64,000 bases of DNA from assembly GCA_016291905.1 (NCBI GenBank), contig JAEEZS010000067.1, forward strand, positions 7,926 through 71,925, read 5' to 3'. The notes under the pieces were generated by a model. It was not told where the DNA came from and searched no databases. It was given only the letters and a program-made list of their open reading frames with translations. Below, in pieces: positions 19,709 through 28,048 of this stretch; position 1 is the stretch's first letter, and every line of letters starts with the position of its first letter. The position numbers and the translations under genes were made by a program. Source of the DNA: Bacteroidaceae bacterium. GTDB lineage: Bacteria > Bacteroidota > Bacteroidia > Bacteroidales > Bacteroidaceae.

Positions 19709-21199
19709 TTACTTTCTATCTTTGTAGGGTAACATCTTGCGGATGGCTTCGCGGTTGCGGCTGACGTCGATGCCCAGTTGCTCGGCACGGTCGAGCATGC
19801 GGCTGGCATCGTCGTAGCGTTCCTGAAGGATGTAGAGGGCTGCACGGGCGTTCAGAGCCTCGCCACTTTCGCCGGCATTCTTCAGAAGGGACTCGGCCTT
19901 CAACTTGTCTCCCTGATGAAGGGCTACATTGGCCAAGTTAATCATAGCCACGGTAGAATCAGGATAGGTGTTGTAGGCTCTTTGTATCACTTGATTGTAT
20001 TCGTCACTATAGGGCTCGAAGGTGTTGGCTACCTCCCAGAACTCGTGGAGCGAGAGGTGCTGGGGGCGTGTGGCATAAATTTGAAGGGCTTCCTCAAGGG
20101 TGAATTTACGAATGTCGAAGGATATCTCGTAATCGGAGCGACGCAGACCGGGATAAACATTCTGCAGCAGATAACGGTACTCCTGAGGATATTTCGACTT
20201 AAGGGCATGTTCATCTCGGTCAGCTTGGTTGGTGACACCACGGTCGAGGTCAGCAAGCACCTTGTCAATGAGCTGAAGAATCTCTGTGCGATGAGGCAGA
20301 ACGTCTGTTGTCATCTCGTCAACAGCCTGACGCAGTCCAATCCAGTTCTCAGGCGTAGCCTCAGCGGGAGCGAACACGTCAGCGGGCAGGTTGTATGCCT
20401 TGCGCACGTAGTCGGTAAGTGACTTGGCACGGTTGGTTGCCAGCATAGTGTTGTGCTTATAAGTGGCCTCAGGCGATGCCCAACCGTGAATCTTCACCTC
20501 GCGCACGGTAATGTTGGGGTCTTGCACCATGATGTCGAGCGTATCGGTAATCTTGCGCAGCTCACGGCGGTTGTCCATGTAGTCGGGCTTCATCTCCCAA
20601 CGGTCAACCACAAAGTTGATGAATGCTGTGCCATGCAGATTGATGGTAGGCTTCTCAAGCGAAGGCGTTTCGTTGACTAAGGCGATAAGCTCAACAGGAT
20701 CGGGCGGCAGGTCGCGACGCAGAGAGGGTACGTAAGGCATCGAAGAGAGGTCGCCGCAGGCGCAGAGGTCCTCCTCAAGGAGCAGCTGATAGCTGTCCAT
20801 CCACGACTCATAGGGAATGGTGCTGAGGTAGGACACGGTAAGGGGCTTGTTGTTCTTATGCTCTACGTGGCGAACATTCTTGTAAACCAAGTTGGAAAGC
20901 CCGCGTTGATAGAGCACATATTGAGCATGGCTGTCAATGACCAAGGGGTCGAAGGGGACGCGGTTGGTGCCATCAAGGGACGTGAGCACAGGATGAAGCA
21001 CCACCGACTGCTTATGGTTGAGGCTGAGTTCATCGAGACAGACGTCCATGGTCAGTAGCATCTGATTGTCCCTGGGGGTTAAGAGCGCATTCTTTACCAC
21101 GGTCTTTCCGTCGCTCAGCGTTTGAGCAAACAAAGGCTGGAAGGCCACCACGACAAGCAGCCCTGCAAGAATATAGCGTAACTTAATAGTCCTATACAT
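19709..21199 (-). CDS. DUF3868-like protein with an OmpA-like region and C-terminal TPR-like repeats (pilus-operon associated)
   Basis: Signal peptide, an OmpA-like motif (GWASPEATYKHNTMLATNRAKSLTDYV) and a helical repeat tail. It follows a DUF3575-like barrel gene, as is typical of Bacteroidales type V pilus loci. Confidence 0.6.
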   Translation of the reverse strand: MYRTIKLRYILAGLLVVVAFQPLFAQTLSDGKTVVKNALLTPRDNQMLLTMDVCLDELSLNHKQSVVLHPVLTSLDGTNRVPFDPLVIDSHAQYVLYQRGLSNLVYKNVRHVEHKNNKPLTVSYLSTIPYESWMDSYQLLLEEDLCACGDLSSMPYVPSLRRDLPPDPVELIALVNETPSLEKPTINLHGTAFINFVVDRWEMKPDYMDNRRELRKITDTLDIMVQDPNITVREVKIHGWASPEATYKHNTMLATNRAKSLTDYVRKAYNLPADVFAPAEATPENWIGLRQAVDEMTTDVLPHRTEILQLIDKVLADLDRGVTNQADRDEHALKSKYPQEYRYLLQNVYPGLRRSDYEISFDIRKFTLEEALQIYATRPQHLSLHEFWEVANTFEPYSDEYNQVIQRAYNTYPDSTVAMINLANVALHQGDKLKAESLLKNAGESGEALNARAALYILQERYDDASRMLDRAEQLGIDVSRNREAIRKMLPYKDRK

Positions 21200-21212
21200 T
21201 ATTAATATATAA

Positions 21213-21794
21213 TTAGAAGTTGTAAATTAGGTTAAGCGCGAGTTTCGTGGGACCGAAGTAGTTGTAGTGTCCGCTGCCTGTCTGCGTGCCGCATACCTCG
21301 CAGGGGAATTTTTTGTACTGAACGTAGTCGTAGCCGAGGCCGAGGACAGTCTCCACACTAAAGTGACGACTGACAGGCCATTGGTAACCATAAACGAAAC
21401 CGCCACCTGCATACCAACCTTCATAACGGTTGTTGTGCAGACAAGGGGCTATGCCAAAGGGGAACTTCACTCCGCCGGCATTGAACTCACCACCCATGAG
21501 ATGGAGGCCTATGAAATGTCCGTTGAATGCCTGGCAGAACCAATAGCGGAGTTCAGGCTGCAGAAGCCAGTGACGCCACTTCTTGTTGTCGCTGAATGTC
21601 CAAGGATTGATGCCGTAGGTGAGGTCGAATGTCCATTTGGGTGACAAACCCACCTCCATACTGACGTTTGGAGTAAGAGTGGCATCATAAAGCAGGTTGT
21701 TCTTCAATGAAATCTGGGCCTCGGCCTGATTGCTTGCTGCCAAGAAAATCACCAACAGCAACGTTCTGCCAATGGTCCTTTGTATGTGCTGCAT
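21213..21794 (-). CDS. DUF3575-like small outer-membrane beta-barrel protein
   Basis: The internal start MQHIQRTIGRTLLLVIFLAASNQAEAQ gives a signal peptide and lies downstream of the -7 box at 21851-21858. The longer ORF start (21914) lies upstream of that promoter. The sequence LKNNLLYDATLTPN...WRHWLLQPELRYWF is DUF3575-like. Confidence 0.7.
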   Translation of the reverse strand: MQHIQRTIGRTLLLVIFLAASNQAEAQISLKNNLLYDATLTPNVSMEVGLSPKWTFDLTYGINPWTFSDNKKWRHWLLQPELRYWFCQAFNGHFIGLHLMGGEFNAGGVKFPFGIAPCLHNNRYEGWYAGGGFVYGYQWPVSRHFSVETVLGLGYDYVQYKKFPCEVCGTQTGSGHYNYFGPTKLALNLIYNF

Positions 21795-21850
21795 ACGATT
21801 AGTTGGTATTGTTTTGATAGGGTTAAATCTTTTTTTAGCTAAAAACCGTG

Positions 21851-21875
21851 CAAAGGTAGCGTTTTTTTTTTTTTT
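21851..21875 (-). promoter_or_regulatory. Putative pilus-operon promoter (-7 box TACCTTTG) abutted by an A14/T14 homopolymer
   Basis: The minus strand reads A14-CGC-TACCTTTG-CAC. The box matches the Bacteroidetes TAnnTTTG consensus about 55 nt upstream of the 21794 start. T14 occupies 21862-21875 on the plus strand. Confidence 0.55.
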
Positions 21876-22050
21876 AGCCACGTAATATAAATACAAATAT
21901 TCATTTCTTAACATCTTTTAAAGAATTGCACATTTGGGTATGAAATGTTCATAGCGGCTGATTTGTTAGCGTTTTAGGCTTACACATCGCTCACGTTCAG
22001 ACTTGTTTTTTATCGATTCCTATAGGAAAATGCCGTCTGCAGAACAGTTA

Positions 22051-22262
22051 CTTTTTGGGGTTGTCAGCCGCTATTTTCCGAATGTCCTGCCGTAACGCAC
22101 TACTTCCTGCCCGTAACGCACTACGTCCTATCCGTAACGCACTACGTCCTGCCCGTAACGTAGTGGGCTGTGGCGCCAGCCCCTTGGGTTGAGCGCACAG
22201 CCCAAGCATCTGACGTCGTAGAAAAAGCTTTTACTCACATAGCGGCTGACAACCCAAAAAGG
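22051..22262. repeat. 23/24-bp inverted repeat pair flanking a 164-bp segment
   Basis: ctttttggggttgtcagccgctat (22051-22074) pairs with atagcggctgacaacccaaaaag (22239-22261); they are reverse complements apart from one C. Partial extra copies lie at 21951-21970 and 22308-22327. Confidence 0.7.
22086..22166. repeat. 21-bp tandem repeat (3 full copies plus 1 partial)
   Basis: The core ccgtaacgcactac(g/t)tcct recurs with cgtaacg starting at 22091, 22112, 22133 and 22154. The last copy is partly inverted, forming a cactacg/cgtagtg stem. Confidence 0.8.
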
Positions 22263-22379
22263 AAACTGTGCTATGGAAGGTACTTTTGTTTGAATAATTG
22301 AGGGCAAAGGGTTGTCAGCCTATTCGGATACCTTTTTCATAAAATTGGAAAATGAGGTCTGAGAAACGAAAAAAAGTAT

Positions 22380-22387
22380 TATCTTTG
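22380..22387 (+). promoter_or_regulatory. -7 promoter box TATCTTTG
   Basis: It matches TAnnTTTG 23 nt upstream of the 22410 ATG. Confidence 0.5.
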
Positions 22388-22409
22388 CACCGAGAATAAT
22401 CTATGTGAA

Positions 22410-24191
22410 ATGAAAAAGCTCATAATAATGTTGTTTTGCCTTTGGGCGGGAATGCCTGTGTCCCTGCAGGCTCAGGAAAAGGACCTGGCTGATACGCTGA
22501 AGGCTACTCAGGATTCGGTGGTGAAATTGCTGATGGCGCAGGTGCAGGAGCTGCAGCTGCAACGTATTCTGCTTCAGGAAGAACTGGACCGTTCGGGACT
22601 GAATGCCCGGATGGATTCCATTGCCCGAGCACAACGTCAGCATCGCATCGATTCGCTCCGTCAGATTACTCCCGGTTCGCCGCTTATCATTGATGACGAC
22701 ACCCTGCTTGTGCTCTATGCCCGCCAAGGGGGTATCCTGCCTGAGACGAGGGTAGAAGCGGCAAAGAAGAAAATCGAGGAACTGGGGCATAAACTGGTGT
22801 TGAAGCCGGATTCCATCTATGTCTATGATAGTGAGGGATCGTCCGACATTATGGCAGGCAACGACGTCATTCTCAGCATTACTGACACCGATGGCCTTTG
22901 GCAGAGCAAGTCGCGCACAAAGCTGGCTGAGGAGTATGCCTCTTCCATCCAGAAGAAAGTTCAGCAACTCCACAAGACTTATGGTCTGAAGCGCAAGCTG
23001 TGGAGTTTTCTGCTGGCCCTGCTTCTCATTGGGGTGCAGGTGTGGCTCATTAAGCTGACGAGCAGGCTGTTTGCCAAGGGGCGGTTCAAGGTGATGCGCA
23101 GACTGGCGCGAACGTTAAAACCCATTCGCTGGAAGGACTATGAATTCCTAAACATCCATCGTCAGGAAGTCGGCTGCATGTTCATTTATAAACTCTTGAA
23201 GTTTATTGTTATAGGCATTCAATTGTTCATCTCCGTGCCGATACTCTTCTCATTGTTTCCTGAGACGCGCACGTTTACGTTTACTGTCCTCGGATACATT
23301 TGGAATCCTGTAAAGGACATCTTTGGATCCATTCTTGGCTACCTGCCCAATGTCTTCAAGATAGTTATCATTTATCTCTGCTTCCGCTATCTGGTGCGCG
23401 GATTGAAGTACTTCGCTGGTGAGATAGAGACAGGACGCCTGAAGCTGGGCGGCTTCTATTCCGATTGGGCAAAGCCCACATACTACATCCTGCGCGTGTT
23501 GTGCTATGCGTTGATGTTGGTGATGATATGGCCTTTGCTGCCCAACTCAGACTCATCCGTGTTTCAGGGCGTGTCTGTGTTCATGGGTCTTGTGGTGTCG
23601 TTGGGCTCTACGTCCATTATTGGTAACATTGTGGCTGGTATGGTGATGACCTATATGCGTCCCTTCCACATTGGCGATTACATCAAGGTGGGCGACGTCG
23701 TAGGCGAGGTCATCGAGAAGAATGTCCTTGTCACCCGCATCCGCACCCGCAAGAACGAGATTGTTACCATTCAGAATTCCAACATGCTTAGTGCACAGAC
23801 ATCCAACTACACGGAGGCAGCCAAGACTTACGGCCTTATTGTCCACACGAAGGTTACCATAGGCTATGATGTTCCCTGGCAGCTGATAAAGCGCATTATG
23901 GAGGCTGCTGCAGCTGATACGCACGGCATCAAGAAGAATCCCAAACCCTTCATGATGACAACGGCGCTTGACGACTTCTATGTGGAGTATGAAATCAACG
24001 CCTATACGGATAACTCCGTCGGCCTGCCTCGCATCTATTCTGAATTGCATCAGAACCTTTTGAAGCGTTTCTTCGAGGCAGGCGTGGAAATCATGTCGCC
24101 CCATATTTACGCCCGACGTGACGGCATCGATACCCAGATGCCTGCAGATTACCTGCATCCCAATGAGGAGATTAAAAATCAAGAGCAATAA
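22410..24191 (+). CDS. Mechanosensitive (MscS-family) ion channel protein
   Basis: 593 aa with a signal/TM N-terminus, several TM segments and an MscS beta-domain signature (GNIVAGMVMTYMRPFHIGDYIKVGDVVGEVIEKNVLVTRIRTRKNEIVTIQNS). Confidence 0.85.
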   Translation: MKKLIIMLFCLWAGMPVSLQAQEKDLADTLKATQDSVVKLLMAQVQELQLQRILLQEELDRSGLNARMDSIARAQRQHRIDSLRQITPGSPLIIDDDTLLVLYARQGGILPETRVEAAKKKIEELGHKLVLKPDSIYVYDSEGSSDIMAGNDVILSITDTDGLWQSKSRTKLAEEYASSIQKKVQQLHKTYGLKRKLWSFLLALLLIGVQVWLIKLTSRLFAKGRFKVMRRLARTLKPIRWKDYEFLNIHRQEVGCMFIYKLLKFIVIGIQLFISVPILFSLFPETRTFTFTVLGYIWNPVKDIFGSILGYLPNVFKIVIIYLCFRYLVRGLKYFAGEIETGRLKLGGFYSDWAKPTYYILRVLCYALMLVMIWPLLPNSDSSVFQGVSVFMGLVVSLGSTSIIGNIVAGMVMTYMRPFHIGDYIKVGDVVGEVIEKNVLVTRIRTRKNEIVTIQNSNMLSAQTSNYTEAAKTYGLIVHTKVTIGYDVPWQLIKRIMEAAAADTHGIKKNPKPFMMTTALDDFYVEYEINAYTDNSVGLPRIYSELHQNLLKRFFEAGVEIMSPHIYARRDGIDTQMPADYLHPNEEIKNQEQ

Positions 24192-24193
24192 CT

Positions 24194-26245
24194 ATGAAAA
24201 AGACAACGATTCTTCTTATCATGATGGCTATATCCTTGTTTGCTCAGGCGCAGACGGCCCGAATGGTAGACCCATCTGAAATTCCGGCTAGCAGCCAGAA
24301 CTATGTGAACAACCGTGCTCCGTTGCCAGCAAATCCTTTCATCAAACTCCCCGTTACTTCCGTTACACCGCGTGGCTGGATAGGTGAAATGATTCGTCGT
24401 CAGAGCGAAGGACTTGCAGGCAAGCTGGGTGAAATCAGCGTTTGGCTCGATAAGAAAGACAATGCCTGGCTTAGCGAAGGTGGTTCGCATGGCTGGGAGG
24501 AAGTGCCCTATTGGCTACGCGGCTATAGCAACATGGCCTATATGCTAGGCGATAAGGATATGCTGGCAGAGACCAAACTATGGGTTGAAGCCATTCTACG
24601 CAGTAGTAAGGATGACGGTTTCCTTGGTCCTATTAACGACAGAGAAGGGCGTCGTGAAGTGTGGGCCAACATGCTTGCCTTGCAAATCCTTCAGGATTAT
24701 TACGACTACAGTGGCGACACACGTGTCATAGATGCCCTTACCGCTTATTATCGTTGGGAACTTAGTTACCCCGAGGAGAAGTTCCTGCGCCACTATTGGG
24801 AGAATTCGCGTGGAGGCGACAATTTGCTTTCAGTCATTTGGCTCTACAACCGCACAGGCGAGCCTTTCCTTTTGGAACTTGCTGAGAAGATACACCGCTG
24901 CACCGCTAATTGGATGCAGGAAAGCACACTACCCAACTGGCACAACGTCAATGTCGCCGAGTGTTTCCGTGAGCCTGCCGAGTACTATCTCGTTAGTCGC
25001 AATCCTGCGGCACTTCGTGCTACTTACGACGACTTCCACCTCATCCGTCGCATTTATGGCCAAGTGCCAGGCGGAATGTTTGGCTCTGACGAGAATTGTA
25101 GACACGGCTACATTGACCCTCGTCAGGGAACAGAGACGTGTGGCTTTGTCGAGCAGATGTTAAGCGATGAAATCTTGATGGCTCAGACGGGCGACCTGCT
25201 TTGGATGGAGAACCTCGAAGACGTGGCTTTCAATAGCCTGCCCGCTGCCTTCATGCCCGACCAGCGCTCGTTGCGCTACATCACCAGCCCCAACATGGTG
25301 CAAGCCGACAGCCGCAACCACCATCCTGGCATTGACAATCCAGGTCCCTATCTGATGATGAATCCTTTCTCGTCGCGCTGTTGCCAGCATAACCACACAA
25401 TGGCATGGCCTTATTATGCCCAGAACCTCGTTCTGGCGAGTGCCGATGGGGGTGCCGCATTGCTTATTTACGGCGATTGTTCTGCTACCCTTCGCGTGGC
25501 AGATGGGCAGCTTGTTACAATTGACGAGCAGACTCACTATCCTTTTGAAGAAGATGTCACTCTTACAATGTCCATTGGGAAGGACAAAAAGAAAGGTAAG
25601 AAAAGAGCAGAGAACGCTGTCGCATTTCCTCTCTATCTCCGCATCCCCACTTGGACGCCTGCTGCTCACGTTTCTGTGAATGGCACGTCAGTACCCTGTC
25701 AGGTAACTAGGGGAGGGTTGCTCTGTATTCAGCGTGAGTGGCACGCGGGTGATGAAGTCAAACTTCACTTCCCCATGAATCTTACTTTGCGTCGCTGGGC
25801 ACTTAACAAGAATAGCGTCAGTGTCGATTATGGTCCTCTTACGCTTAGCCTTCTTATCGGCGAACGGTACGAGGCGAAGAACTCGCGCCAGACTGCCCAG
25901 CACGATTCTGGCTGGCAGGAGGGTGTCGACGACAGCCAGTGGCCTTCCTACGAAATCTATCCCGAAACCCCATGGAACTACGGAATTGTCCCGTGTGTAG
26001 CCGACATGACGGTTGAGCGTCTCCCGTGGCCTGCTGATAACTATCCCTTCACGCTCACCAGTGTGCCTCTGCGCGTTACTGCTCATGGAGCACGCATTCC
26101 CTCTTGGGGACAGGACGAGACAGGACTATGCCAAATCCTTCCTGATGCTGATGCTCCACGTGGTTCATTAGAGGATATCACCCTTGTCCCCATGGGTGCT
26201 GCCCGTCTTCGCATCAGCGCGTTCCCGCCTGTGGAATTATACTAG
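24194..26245 (+). CDS. GH127-like (DUF1680) beta-L-arabinofuranosidase family protein
   Basis: 683 aa with a signal peptide. GTETCGF and SSRCCQHNH match the Glu/Cys and Cys-Cys Zn-site and nucleophile motifs known from HypBA1-type GH127 enzymes. Confidence 0.75.
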   Translation: MKKTTILLIMMAISLFAQAQTARMVDPSEIPASSQNYVNNRAPLPANPFIKLPVTSVTPRGWIGEMIRRQSEGLAGKLGEISVWLDKKDNAWLSEGGSHGWEEVPYWLRGYSNMAYMLGDKDMLAETKLWVEAILRSSKDDGFLGPINDREGRREVWANMLALQILQDYYDYSGDTRVIDALTAYYRWELSYPEEKFLRHYWENSRGGDNLLSVIWLYNRTGEPFLLELAEKIHRCTANWMQESTLPNWHNVNVAECFREPAEYYLVSRNPAALRATYDDFHLIRRIYGQVPGGMFGSDENCRHGYIDPRQGTETCGFVEQMLSDEILMAQTGDLLWMENLEDVAFNSLPAAFMPDQRSLRYITSPNMVQADSRNHHPGIDNPGPYLMMNPFSSRCCQHNHTMAWPYYAQNLVLASADGGAALLIYGDCSATLRVADGQLVTIDEQTHYPFEEDVTLTMSIGKDKKKGKKRAENAVAFPLYLRIPTWTPAAHVSVNGTSVPCQVTRGGLLCIQREWHAGDEVKLHFPMNLTLRRWALNKNSVSVDYGPLTLSLLIGERYEAKNSRQTAQHDSGWQEGVDDSQWPSYEIYPETPWNYGIVPCVADMTVERLPWPADNYPFTLTSVPLRVTAHGARIPSWGQDETGLCQILPDADAPRGSLEDITLVPMGAARLRISAFPPVELY

Positions 26246-28006
26246 TTCGCTGAGTTCAAGCCAGCGCATTGACTTTTCGTCGAGCTCGGCATTGAGGAGA
26301 GGGAGGCGTTTGGAAGCAGCGGTGAGGGCTTCGACAGAGAGTGTCCCGCTGCAGAGGGCATCTTCCAGTTGCTTCTTTTCTGCTTCGAGGGAAGCAATGT
26401 CCGTATCTAGCTGCTCAAATTCGCGCCGTTCCTTAAACGTCATGCGGCGCGGCCCTTCTGGTTTTGAAATCGTCTTTTCGTTTGCAGGCTTAGTCTTAGG
26501 TGCTGAGGTGGTTTTCTCGGCTTTTTCCTGCCATGCTGCCCACTCGCGATACTGGCTGTAATTACCGGGGAAATCTCGGACAGAGCCCGTTCCGTCGAAA
26601 ACGAGCAGATGGTCCACCATCTTGTCCATGAAATACCTGTCGTGGCTGACAACGATCAGGCATCCCTTCCAGGCCTTCAGGTATTCCTCAAGGATTTGCA
26701 AGGTGAGTATGTCGAGGTCATTCGTCGGCTCGTCTAGGATTAGGAAGTTGGGATTCCGCATGAGCACCGTGCAGAGATAGAGCCGACGGCGCTCGCCTCC
26801 GCTGAGCTTGTGGACGTAGTCGTATTGTTTCTTCGGACTGAAAAGGAAGTTCTGAAGGAGCTGGGAGGCGGAGAGGGAATTGCCGTCGCTCATGGGAATG
26901 TAGTCGGCAATGGCGCGGACGACGTCAATGACCTTTTGCGACGAAGGGTAATCCGTTAGCCCCTGCTGGCTGTAGTAACCGAAACGGATGGTGCTGCCTA
27001 CGTCGATAGTGCCGGATGTGGGCGTCAGTTCGCCCATCAGCAAACGGAGAAAGGTGGTTTTTCCTGTCCCATTGTCACCCACAATGCCGAGCTTCTCGTA
27101 GCGGGAGAAGGTGTAGCTGAAATGGGAAAGCAGCGGTTCCTTTTCCTTATTAATAATATAAGAGAAAGAAACATCGTCGAGCTCAATTATTTTGTTGCCG
27201 ATGTAACCTGCCTGCGTGCGAAGTTCCACGCGCTCGTCGCGGATAGTCTGGTGGGCTTTCTTCTCTAGTTCGTAGAATGCTTCCTGACGATAGCGGGCTT
27301 TGTGCCCTCGGGCGCAGGGCATGCGGCGCATCCAGTCAAGCTCGGTGCGGTAGAGGTTGTTGGCTCGGGCGATCTCTGCGCTCAAGGCGTCGATACGCTC
27401 TTGCCGTTTTTCGAGGTAGTAGGAATAGTTGCCATGATAGGTATAGACCGTATTGTCGTCAAGTTCCATAATGACGGAACAAATACGGTCGAGGAAATAG
27501 CGGTCGTGCGTGACCATCAGCAATGTGGAGGTGCTGTGCGAGAGTTCGCCCTCAAGCCATTCGATAGTGGAAAGGTCGAGGTGGTTGGTAGGCTCGTCAA
27601 GGATAAGGAAATCGGGCTTTGTGACAAGCACCTGTGCTAATGCTACACGCTTTTGCTGCCCGCCTGAAAGGCTGTTTGTAGGCAACGTCATATCCGTAAT
27701 GCCCATGACATGCAGCAGCGCCTCCTCCTCATGCGTGGGGCATACGTCGCGGATGATTGTTCCCTCAGGGAAAACGGGCGTCTGACGCAGATAACCTATG
27801 CGTAGCCCGTTCCGATAGACGATGGAGCCGCTGTCGTAGCCCTCCACACCGGCAAGGATGTCGAGCAGGGTGCTTTTGCCCGTACCGTTTTTGGCGATGA
27901 GGCCGATGCGTTGTCCTTGTGCTACACCAAAGGAGATGTCCTCGAAAAGCACATGCTCGCCGAAGGACTTCGTCAGATGGTCAACTTGCAGGTAGGGCGT
28001 TGGCAT
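26237..28006 (-). CDS. ABC-F family ATPase (Uup-like, two ABC domains plus C-terminal coiled coil)
   Basis: Two Walker A motifs (GKNGTGKST, GDNGTGKTT), two ABC signatures (LSGGQQKRV, LSGGERRRL), no TM domains and a charged helical tail. Confidence 0.9.
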   Translation of the reverse strand: MPTPYLQVDHLTKSFGEHVLFEDISFGVAQGQRIGLIAKNGTGKSTLLDILAGVEGYDSGSIVYRNGLRIGYLRQTPVFPEGTIIRDVCPTHEEEALLHVMGITDMTLPTNSLSGGQQKRVALAQVLVTKPDFLILDEPTNHLDLSTIEWLEGELSHSTSTLLMVTHDRYFLDRICSVIMELDDNTVYTYHGNYSYYLEKRQERIDALSAEIARANNLYRTELDWMRRMPCARGHKARYRQEAFYELEKKAHQTIRDERVELRTQAGYIGNKIIELDDVSFSYIINKEKEPLLSHFSYTFSRYEKLGIVGDNGTGKTTFLRLLMGELTPTSGTIDVGSTIRFGYYSQQGLTDYPSSQKVIDVVRAIADYIPMSDGNSLSASQLLQNFLFSPKKQYDYVHKLSGGERRRLYLCTVLMRNPNFLILDEPTNDLDILTLQILEEYLKAWKGCLIVVSHDRYFMDKMVDHLLVFDGTGSVRDFPGNYSQYREWAAWQEKAEKTTSAPKTKPANEKTISKPEGPRRMTFKERREFEQLDTDIASLEAEKKQLEDALCSGTLSVEALTAASKRLPLLNAELDEKSMRWLELSELV

Positions 28007-28013
28007 AGAAATG

Positions 28014-28047
28014 AAAAGCGGCGCGGTAAATGCCGCGCCGCTTTTTT
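28014..28047 (-). terminator. GC-rich hairpin terminator downstream of mutB (bidirectional shape)
   Basis: agcggcgcgg / taaatg / ccgcgccgct, flanked by an A-run on the left and a T-run on the right. Confidence 0.7.
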
Positions 28048-28048
28048 C

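Noticed and set aside
21795-21914. Longer N-terminal extension of the DUF3575-like ORF (start at 21914)
   Set aside because: The extension (MLRNEYLYLYYVAKKKKNATF...) covers the T14 tract and the predicted -7 promoter box. The internal Met gives a normal signal peptide.
22051-22262. Classical Bacteroides invertible promoter (inverton) controlling the pilus operon
   Set aside because: The inverted repeats are real, but I could not find a TAnnTTTG box in either orientation within the enclosed 164 bp, and no tyrosine or serine recombinase gene is nearby. It is kept only as a low-confidence alternative in the findings.
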